DNA of 61,397 bases, the filler included, from Sphacelaria rigidula (Eukaryota): NCBI GenBank assembly GCA_964200075.2. It is 6 parts of 6 records of this genome, joined end to end, with 100 filler letters (N's around TTAATTAATTAA, not from the genome) between each part and the next. Parts side by side here need not be neighbours in the genome. Positions count along the whole stretch, not along the records: positions 51,249 to 61,397 come from CAXNAA020007030.1; 5 more parts are not named here. The stretch is one strand, 5' to 3'. The position numbers and the translations under genes are program-made. Positions 51,249 through 61,397 of the stretch are shown piece after piece. Numbering within the stretch: position 1 is the stretch's first letter; each line of letters begins with the position of its first letter. A model generated the notes under the pieces. The model worked only from the letters and a program-made list of their open reading frames with translations. It made no database searches and was not told where the DNA came from.

Positions 51249-52004
51249 CCGGCGAAAACCCGGCGTGCTCCCTCCCGGCATTGTAGGGATGCCAGGTTAA
51301 TGGTCTTATGACTATGGCATGCATGATTATGAGTACACCACCCCCCCCCAATAAGGGTTGGTGTCGGTTTGGAACGACGCTGTAGAAATATCACCAACTG
51401 TGTGAGCTACGCACAGGGTACCGGTTTCCATTTCGATTGCGTTCTATGTGGTAACCATGACAGTGTTCGAGTGAGATCATATTGTGCGGGGCGAAGAACC
51501 TCACCTCCGCGCGAAGGGATGATCGTATTCCGTAGTGCTTAAATGGTAAGATACCTATAAAGTGGTGTAACCCGTGCCTGTGTCTGGAAGTGGATACCAG
51601 AAAATGAAGCAACTCTTTCGAGGCTGCCATCCAGATGCAAGACGACCAGTACGAGTCGGGCGAACGATTTCAGCAGGATACAGATCATCACCCTTCATGC
51701 GATTCGCCGAACACATCACGGCGCTTCGCGCTTGGTGATTATGAGGCTGGTCGGGCGAAAATCCGCCGTGCTCCGTTCTGGCTTTGTAGGGATGCGAGAT
51801 CTATGGTCTTATGACTACGGCATACAAGATCATGAGTACACAGCCACCCTTGTACGTATTGAGGGTTGGCGTTGGTTGGCAACGACGCCCTAAACACACG
51901 CAACTCACCGCGTGAGCTAGGCAACCAGGTTGCCGGGGGGGGGGGGTTCGCTTGTGCTTTTCGTTTGGTAACCATGATTGTGGTCGAGCTACATCATAGC
52001 GTGT

Positions 52005-53945
52005 GTGTGTGTGGGCTCGAAGCCCGACAGCAAAACGTTTCGAGGGTGAGTTGGGTAGGGTATACCTGACACCTGGGTATTTCGAATAGTCACACCGCCG
52101 TAGCTCAAAATATTCCGTGTTGAGGTCGTACCTATGCAACATTTTAGTAGAGGATCGAAGCCGTACCTAAGTGATACACATACCCGGGTATTACCGGGAG
52201 TAGTGACCGGGTTCTTCGGTAGAGTACCCAACTCTACCCAGTTATTAGGTAGAGAATAGGGATAAGAATCGGGATCATGGTTAAGTGATACTCTATACCA
52301 GGGTACTGCTGGGACTACTCACCCAATAGTTGGGTAGATTTTTGACATCAGACCCAACAGCAGTTTTTGGGTAGAGTATTGACACCAATCCCAACTCTAT
52401 CAGTCACTTCGAGCGAGTATTGAGGTCGTACCCGATCTAACCAGTACGTGGGTAAAATGACACCCTGGAATTCCTTCCGAGTATTCAGAGGTATGTCTAC
52501 AACATATATATATATATATGATGATGATCGTATCTACGGTTTTGAAGACCCCACATTCGCGCGTCCACTGATCCTGCCCACATCGCCAACTTCATCTACC
52601 TTCGGTGTATTATATTTTTATTATCACAAGCATAAGTCTTACAGGGCATGCACAGGCGATACTAAATAGAGAGTGTAGTCAGAACACTGTAAGGAAGAAA
52701 AGGAGAGGACAGGTCAGAGTTCCAATCAGTTCTATACGTACGTATCCTTCGCATCAGTCTGACACAGCGCGATTCATTGCTCGCCGGCAACATCACGGGC
52801 ACCTCTAGTTGTGTGTCGTTCTTCAATTCACAAGTATTCGTGTCAGACACCACACGGACAGCGCAGCCAGGTATATGCTTCAGTACAGAACAGGACACGG
52901 CAAACGCACAAGCAGTACCACACATACGTGCGATTGATCTTTCAACGTCGTACGATTTTGACCTTTGTCATGACAGTGTACTGTATTGTCCTGTACTACA
53001 GTATACTTACCGTACTATCTAAAGTAGTTTCGGCAGCGTATGGTGCACATTGGCGCTCATATTTTACGCCCTCTACCTGTCTACTCGAATGCACTTGAGA
53101 AAGTGGTGGGCGCTCTGTGCAAAAACCGAAATCTGGCCACCATCCGGAGTTATCATGTGCGGGGCGATGAAACCACACGCTTATTTTTGCTCGTGATCAT
53201 CACTCGCCCTCATAGCCAAGGTAGTCTGTGAAGAGATGTCGCGAAATTGTCAACCGTGAGGATTACTAACACTGCTTACTCAATATTAGGCTTGAGTATT
53301 GTGATCGTACCGAATTGTCCAATAGTTCACGGTTAGGACGAATCGTCACGGATTTGAATCACCAAATCCACGATTTCTTCGGCCTGATTGCCGAAAAGGG
53401 AGAAAAGAGTTGACCGTTGGTCCAAGGGGCATCCACGCAACTTTTGCGCCATCCCACGTGTCTGGGCTGCGTGTACCAACGCTGATAACGAAGCCTAGGG
53501 ATTGATTCGTACGATTCGAATCAATTACACCAAACCCAAGTAATTTCCAGACGAATCATGGATTTGTCCGACCCCTGAAAAAGTTTGGTGGAGTAATGAG
53601 ATAGTATCCGATTCTACCCAAAGGTTGGGTGGAGTATTGATATCACACTCAAGGGATACTGTATACCCGGGTTTTGCTGCTTTGCTGAAAGGACTTACCC
53701 CACTTTTGGGTAAAAGACGAGATCATATCCTACCCTACCCACGTTCTGGGTGAAGTATTGAGGTCACACCCAAGTGATACTCTATACCCGCGTATTGCTG
53801 AGACTACTCACCCAATGTTGGATATAGCGTCGTGCTTAATCTACGCAAGACGTGGGTAGAGCAAATACCTGGGTATCATTGTCGGGTACTCGAGATTAAA
53901 TACCCTACCCAACACACCCTTGGAACATTTCGTGTCCTTCGGGTT
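52005..53945. mobile_element. Diverged (TACCC/GGGTA) subfamily of the palindromic-array TIR element; partial copy at ~57515-57895
   Basis: TIRs aaacgtttcgagggtgagttgggtagggta and taccctacccaacacacccttggaacattt; degenerate arrays at ~52060-52490 and ~53590-53900. Confidence 0.65.
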
Positions 53946-55109
53946 CCGCCATCGGTCTGAAATTACGAGAAGGACAGACGGCGGAGATGATGACAATAAA
54001 CGGAGCAATTGACTGCGTTAGCATAGGGCTGATACGCGCGTGAACAATGCAACGCTGCTGTGTGCGAAGGCGCTGGAAAGGGTAATTGTGAAGAGGGACG
54101 ATCCTCGAGATTTTGATTCTAGCCAATGAACATTTGACAAACGGGTACAAGCATGGCAAAAATTGGTATCAGCATCGCAACAAAATCGTCGCATCTTTCG
54201 GAACAGACACACTGTCCTTCTTTGACAGACACAACAAACGCTGGTGGGTCAACAATTAATCTTTGGCGTTGATGGTCAGGTGGTAACCACAAAATGCTGA
54301 GTGCGCTCCTTGCTTCCAACAATCTAGCTCAACAGATCTCTTGCGCACACCCCCGCTCTGGTTCGTCTCTACTTCTGCTATATCATGTATTAGACTGTTG
54401 CAAGAACATCAGTCGGTATACGGAGGGGCACATAATCCTAGGTTACGGTTGTGCCGACCCATTTCTATTCTTCCTTCTTCGTGTTTGTTTCAATCGTTCC
54501 TGTATTTCTCGGTCTTCCTTCACAGAGTGATTATGTTCGCTTACCTTGCTTGAGCAATGACATCTATCATGAGACCAAGCCTGGATTTCTGGAGAATGAG
54601 CTAATATCATATCTTGATCAACTAATGGCAGACAATAAACTAGTCAATGAACCAATCAATGCGGGTCCTGATGCTCATGCGGAGTGAACCACGCTCGCCC
54701 GCCAAGTCCTGGGTAGGATCCGTCCGAGCTTGAGGAGATACTTAGTCAACGGCCTGGTGACTGCAGCATGCAAAATCGCGAGCATCTTCCCCGCTGGACA
54801 GGGTAATAGGTCGGCACGAGAGTAGTAGCGAAAAGAACCCGGGTTCGAATCACAGTCTCCTCCCCCCCGACGATCTCCCCCGGTCGCTTTCTGGAAGATT
54901 CTTCACGGGGGTTCATGCCACCGATACTGATTACAAATCTCGATGTCTGTAGTACCGTCAGTTATTAAATAGATCCCGTTTGATAGAGACAAACGCACCC
55001 CGTTGCGCCCTCCAAGAACCTCCCCAACACGGTGCCTATCGAACTTTTTCTTGTCGGCCATGCCTGCTGTCGGTGTTGTGTCCGCTTTCCATTCAGCGAC
55101 CGATCATAC

Positions 55110-55546
55110 TGACTCGCTGATGTCCGATTTCTCGGCAGCGTCAGCGGCCGTGGTCGAAGGGGCGAGCTGCATACTCAGTGCATAAGGAGGCACATAACTT
55201 GTTAATTTCGAGGCACTGAGTATGTAGCTTCCTCCGTCAACCACGGCGGCTTTGCTGAAGAAAAATCGGATACCAGCGAGTCAACTGATAATGATTCGCT
55301 GGTATCCGATATCTCGTCAGCGTCAGCGGCCGTGGTCGAAGGAGGGAGCTGCATACTGAGTGCATAAAGAGGCACATAACTTGTTGTTTTTAGGCACCGA
55401 GTATGTAGCTCTCTCCTTCAACCACGGCTGCTATGCTTACAAGAAATCGGATACCAAAGAGTTAACATCAGTTGACTCGCTGGTATCCGATATCTCGTCA
55501 GCGTCAGCGGCCGTGGTTGAAAGAAAGAGCTACACACTCAGTGCCT
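55110..55546 (+). repeat. Five alternating ~70-bp arms (A A' A A' A; period ~181 bp) forming tandem foldbacks; candidate hairpin ncRNA
   Basis: A arms start at 55111, 55293 and 55474. A' arms at ~55213-55282 and ~55394-55463 are imperfect reverse complements. Confidence 0.85.
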
Positions 55547-58500
55547 AGAAGAAAACAAACAAGTGAACAACATTATCGCCCCGCGAATGAAAACCGGACG
55601 CTGCACCGACGGCAGGCATCGCCGGTAGGAAAAAGTGCGGTAGGCAACGTATTGCGGGAAGGTTCCCGGAAGGCGCGACGAGGTCCGTCCGTCTTCAACA
55701 TACACGGCCATCTCACTCAAAAACGGTCTCTCTGACATCGCTATATGTATCAATATCAGCGAGATGAACCTTGGCTAAACATTCTCAAAACATGCACAGT
55801 CGTCGGGGGTCCGCTAGCAGTCTCGTACCGTGTTGGTCGAGAGCTTGATTATTGATTCTTTCGCGGGCAACAATATATTCGTAGAGATCGTATCGCAGAC
55901 CGACGAATATACATCCCAGTTTTTCGCTCGTTTGAGCTGAGCGACGAGGCATTTCGTCAACTCACCCTGAATGACGGTGGATGCTTTCACTGGTGGGAAC
56001 AATATGCCGCGCATAGGTTTTCAATAGGATAGCACGCGGCCAAGTTATGGCACTAGGTCGAAAGTGTACAGAGGGTAAAAAAAGAGGAAAACGAGAGCAA
56101 TGTCGCTGATCGGGCAATGAAGAAGAGATTGTCATCACTAAGCCGGATATCATCGGATCCACAAGCCAAATTCCGCATATTGTTCCCACGAGTGAGGACT
56201 TCAACCATCGATCAGGATGCATTGGCGGTAAAGCCCACCCTTGACGACAACTGGAGAGTAGTGCTCATCCTGAAACACAATTCACGACCTGATAGCTTCG
56301 CATACGCGGTTGACTGATCCACCATAAATTTAGTGGTGGTCGCAAGGTGAACGTACCGAACTGTATAGTAAACTGATATATATATATATATATACTTCCT
56401 CTGTGCCATTAGTAAAGGTCCTTACGATTGCACGGATCCTTAACGGTGCGGTATTTGATTTTCGTTTTTGCTTATTGCATTCATCGGCGTTTGTTTAGCT
56501 AAAACCACCATTCTTTCTACAACGTGGGTTCTTGACCTATGCAGCCGCGCTGCCGAGAAAAAGTAGGTCGGTCCAAAAACGACCATTTTTCGCTCCTTGG
56601 CGCAGGGAAGCATGAGCGACCCGGGAACACGAAAAATCGCGAAAAATGGGCCAAAAAACGTGAAAATCGCGAAGCCACGATTGATCTCGGACATTTCCGT
56701 ACTCTTAACGTACGCACACCCCATCCAACATTGTGTTAGCATGTAATTGCTAGTGCTCGACGTGAAAACGTCCAAAATCGATCAATAATTGGGTATTAAT
56801 GGATCAAAAAGGGTCAAAACGGGGTGTATTTCGACATATTTTTAGTGATGAAAACAAGTTTGTTTGTTTTGTCGTCTTTTCTTCTTCATCAGCTTCGTCT
56901 ACGCTTCACCTCTTTAACGAACCCAACCACACGATGATTGTCAACGTTGAAATACGCAAACGATTTAACGCCAATAAGGGCCTTCCCTTATGGCACAGAG
57001 GAAGTATATGCCAAAGTTGAAGTCGACTAAAAGACAAAAAAAGGATGAGGTAGAAATTGCGAGAAAGAGAGCCGTGGTCTCGTCGAAATGATTATCCATT
57101 GGGCACTTTTCAGGATATGGTTTCACGACAGACAGTCGAAGATGTGCGTACTGGGCATGTGGCTAACCGAACAGTCGCAGGAGACGATAGCGAGTGTACT
57201 ATGCTCTGGACTCTCTTGGTAAAACGACTGAAACCAAAACGGTGGATGTCGTAGAGGGTCCCAAGAATCAGTTTTGCACTATCGAAAGTTCTGACTTCCT
57301 CGAAAGCAGGTACTCACCATGAAGGACGCGTAATAATTTCAATAGATGTCTACAAACACACCCCCTCCTCCGTTTTAAGGGTTGGCGTCGGTTGGCAACA
57401 ACGCTGAAAAACACGCCACTCCTTGCGTGATCAAGGCAACCAGGTGACCGGGGATTTGTTCGCGCGCGCTTGGGTTCGGCAACCATAACAGTCGTCAAGG
57501 TAGATCACTATGTGTATGTGTGGGCTCGCAGCCTGACCATAGAGAATTTGAAGGGTATGTTGCGCGGGGTATACCCGATACCCGGGTATTTTGAAAACTC
57601 GTACTTTTGCTGTTCAAAATATTGGATAGAGACTTGAGACCGTACCCGACTTTTTCTCAACTTTGGGTAGAGGATCGAGGCAATGCCTAAGTGATACTCT
57701 ATCGTGCCGAGAGTACTTACCCAATCATTGGCTGGAGTGCCCAACTCTGCCGAACATTTGGGTAGAATATCGAGATCGTACCCATCCTTACCCGATTGTT
57801 GGGTAGAGAACTGAGATCATCTCCAAGTGCTACTCTATACCCGTGTATTGCTAAGAGTTATCCCCCTGTATCTGGGTAGAGTATTGACACCAAGGGTTAT
57901 GTACCAAACCTTTCATGTCAGGCTTGATTAGTCTCCTCATATCGACCTCCAACACAGGAGGGGGGGAAGAAGGGCGCAGGGGAGGGGTGAGGGGGGGTTG
58001 TTGTTCTAATCTGAGATGTCGACTACGGTAATAGCATGTTCATTATAACGCTGTTGTTATCGTTGTCATCGTTGTTATCTTGGATTCAGCTATTCGATTG
58101 ATTGACTGGCTGGTTGGTTGATTATTGCACATGAATAATTGATCTCCGAGAGACAGCCGTTGCTTACATTTTAAATTTTCCTAACGTGAACAGAAGGGAA
58201 CATAAACGTGCGCTATGAAAAGGGAAAAGAAAGTGGACACATCGAATATAAGGATGGAGCAAACAAAAGAAGTGGGCCAGGGCGGCTTATCATGCGGTAT
58301 GAAAATAAGGGGGTATTATACTACGTACGGGTGGAAAACACGGTATTCTACTATACACGGTCATCACCTCCGATGCCGGATCGTAGGTCTGGGTCGATTT
58401 TACTCTAGCCAGCCTTTTGACTCTTCTCCTGCTCCTCATACAGCGCTTCCAGTATCTTCAGCAGTACGTCTCGCCCGGACATCAAAAGGTGCAGCTGAAC

Positions 58501-60020
58501 CGGCCATCCTCGTGTTTCGTCTCTCACCACACACCTGCGATACAATTAATGAATGAACGAGGGAGAGAGGGGCGGGGGGAAGGGGTATACTCAAGATCTT
58601 CCACGCAGTAGTCACAATATCGTTGACCTTGCATCCCTACAAATCCGAGACCCAAGCACGCCGGGATTCCGCCGGACAAGGCTTGCAGTCACCGAGCTTA
58701 GAGCTCCGCGATGTGTACGGCGAGTCGTATGAAGGATGAGCTGCAACCTGCCAAGATTGTTCGACCGAAGTGTACGAATCATCTTGCACACTCAAAAATC
58801 ACCAATCCGCAAATAAATTTCGCAATAACTACTGAACGTCCCATGCACGGTATGGTACTGACCGCCATGGACAACTGAAGGACAGACAGAGCCGGATCTT
58901 GTTGAAGGCCGCTGCTGTGGTGCGGATGGCGAAGAGGTGCCTGGACCAATCATTACCCTTAAAATACACTGTTCTGGAATAAAAGTACGAGTGCCCTATC
59001 TAATTTCGAACCTATCTCCACATGCTTCAAATTGTGGTGGCTGTCATTAGCTCGTAAACCTAGCAGGGGAACACAAATGATCACTAGTTTACAATGGGAT
59101 CAAATTATACCCCGAACCGTAAACGTTCAGTGATGTGGGGTTTTGGAGTCGTCGGATGTCGACTGATGCTGTGCAACAAAAGACCCTGCAACCCATATGG
59201 CGGTTTCCCTTATATATACCACAGAGAAGCTTCGGTCGTCCTCAAACATGGTGGTTCGGTGGGTATTGATGCTTCAAGTAAAATGTTATTGAATAAATAG
59301 TTCAAGGTTCTTAACTTGTTACCGGATTCCGGGGATCTTCCCGCCGGGATTCGAAAGTCGGTACATGATGCCCGAAAAAAGAAAAACATGTATGCGTCCT
59401 GAGCTAATCCATGGAATATCTGTACCAAGTTTTGTATCGTGAGGAAAAAACCTGATTCACTCGAGTTGTTCTAACGCTGAATGCACCCGAACAGACGTCC
59501 ATATACTGAAAACAAGTAGTTGCGAATTGGTACCTTTCGAGCTCACTCTTTTTGCACAAAGACGGATTCTTGGAGTTCAACTCTGGAAAATTGCACATAT
59601 TTATATATCAAGGGCCACTCCAAAACTTTCGAAGGACAGTGTTTTGTTTCTCTCTCGCCACCGTCTGGGGTCCCGGATAGGCATGCGATCCCCGAAGACC
59701 CGCCAAAACCCGGGGACCCCCACTAACTGGCGAAAACCGAATAATACAAAACACCTTTTCATGAAGGCTCCGTACTACCCCGTAGTATATGTGAGCGAAC
59801 GTTCAGAGTCTAACTCCAAGAATCGGAGTGAGTATTTGCGCTTTGTGAGTTTCGGCACCTGAACAGGAACCAGCCTGTACGGATGACAGCCTTGAAGGAG
59901 TTGCGTCATCTTCCGGTATCGATAGGGGGAGGAGGGGGCGGCTGTACTCTTTCAGGCCGGTCATTGATAATAATTCATTCGATTTTTCTGGGCTGGTTTG
60001 ATCAACCATAGCACACTGAT

Positions 60021-60362
60021 TCGCCCCGGTTGCTCAGTTGGTAATCTCGAAACCTTTTGACGGTTGGGTCGTGGGTTCAAGTCTCGGAGCGGTCGGGGAT
60101 TTTTTCTCACACCATGCCCAACAGTGGAGGGTGACCATGTCGTGGGTACACAAAATTCGACCTCACGGTCGACGAGGGAAAGAGACTTTTGAAGCCCTCT
60201 CGCGATGAAAAACAAAGGCAAGCACCGCAGAAGGAAGGTGAAGTACCAAAAAAAGAGAGAAACTCCTGTGTTGACCCTCCCTGCTGTGTGACCGTGGCTG
60301 GTTCGCCCACGTATACCGAAAGGTGTAGACCGGCGTCCAGAATATATGGGACAACAACACAC
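60021..60362 (+). mobile_element. tRNA-derived SINE copy
   Basis: tcgccccggttgctcagttgg...gggttcaagtct...ggtgtagaccggcgtccagaata is homologous to 41821-42183. Confidence 0.85.
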
Positions 60363-60899
60363 TGACTGAATATGCGCGACGAGATCAGGCGTAACCACAA
60401 GATACTGTTGTGGTCGTATACACATATGTATGTATGTATACCTCTGGGAAATAAAAGTTACAGCAGAAATGTTCGCTGATGGACACCCGGGAAGGGGGGA
60501 AGGATGAAAAAAACAGGAGAGAACGGACGACGAACAAAACCGTAAAAAGTGAGAAAATGAGCGAAAATAAAAATATGGCAGGAACGGGGCAGGAATAAGA
60601 ATACTGAAAAAGGGCGATCGTAGGCTCAAGTCTAGAACCCGTCGGTCCCAGGAGAAACTCGAGGACGTTCCTCCACTGCTGGTGAGAACCTCCTCTATTC
60701 TTCTTGTGGTATTTATGAATAGTGGTACACCACTGTTCTTGCGATTTAACTTCCAAGATGCAGTAATCACAGACACGAACGGACCGTAGGTTTTCCGCAA
60801 AAATCCACATACAGCGGTACCGTAGCTGGGATTTCCATCACCCCCATCCACCCGCCACCACACGGATTTTCGGAGCCTATTACTCTATTTCGCTGCTCT

Positions 60900-61222
60900 C
60901 TCATTGTATCTCGTTTCCTCTCCACCTATCTACTGACCTGATCCTATCCTGTAGGCGAGGGCAGAGATCTTCGCTACCGTGAGCAAAACCAGTATCCTTT
61001 TGATGTGCTCCATAGGGTACATGAAAAGGGTTTACACCTGGACAGTCCACAAAAAAGATTCGGAAGATACATATTTGTTCGGTGCGTCTATCATGAGACC
61101 GCGGCTGGACCCCTGGGGGATCAGTTAAAGTGCGACAATCAATCAATCGATCAATCGATCGATCAATCGATCGATCAATCGATCGATCAATCAATCAATC
61201 GATCAATCAATCAATCAATCAA
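60900..61222 (+). mobile_element. Probable retroposon 3' end with an (AATC/GATC)n tail (61137-61222)
   Basis: Unique body ends abruptly in a tetranucleotide tandem tail, as is typical of non-LTR element 3' ends. The 5' boundary is uncertain. Confidence 0.55.
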
Positions 61223-61397
61223 TGATATGTCGGTAGGTGTAATCGCCGCTAAAAGATAGCTTTTAGGCGTGGTATCCATGAGCCTTGCTCATCCTTTTTG
61301 GTGTGTGCTTTCTGTGTCTTTCTGATCCTATTTTTTCTTTTTGAGGGGAGAGAGGGTGAGAGAGGCCTGTAGGTCCTGGGGGGGGGGGGGGGGGGAA

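Noticed and set aside
53950..54690. Coding-looking segment (possible viral or TE relic)
   Set aside because: Frames are interrupted by stops and I recognise no family; BLASTX would be needed.
59961..60863. 300-aa ORF
   Set aside because: It runs antisense through a SINE and low-complexity sequence and has no domain motifs.

Overview
Eukaryotic, intron-rich and repeat-rich DNA. Gene structure, intron style and repeat content suggest a brown alga (Phaeophyceae); this is an inference. The window is not contiguous. It is six contigs of 10,150/10,150/10,150/10,149/10,149/10,149 bp joined by identical 100-bp N-spacers containing TTAATTAATTAA, which looks like size-sorted unplaced contigs. Recognisable genes, all partial and spliced: the 5' exons of a mitochondrial aspartate aminotransferase (GOT2), six consecutive internal exons of the Pol I initiation factor RRN3, the first two exons of an ABCG half-transporter (AtABCG7-like, with a signal peptide), and the 3' ends of two unidentified genes. 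Contig 4 is a degenerate Ty3/Gypsy LTR retrotransposon (gag, PR, RT, RNase H, IN). The rest is tRNA-derived SINEs, (AAC)n- and (AATC)n-tailed retroposon ends, MITEs and nested non-autonomous elements. The two most interesting structures are (i) a TIR-bounded element family built from 41-bp double-hairpin tandem units with compensatory TACTC/GAGTA to TACCC/GGGTA changes between subfamilies, and (ii) a five-arm tandem foldback at 55.1-55.5 kb with strand-biased G:U pairs, a candidate miRNA/hairpin-RNA locus. No CRISPR, rRNA or bona fide tRNA gene was found. Most ORFs in the track are spurious. Repeat boundaries were aligned by eye and are approximate.
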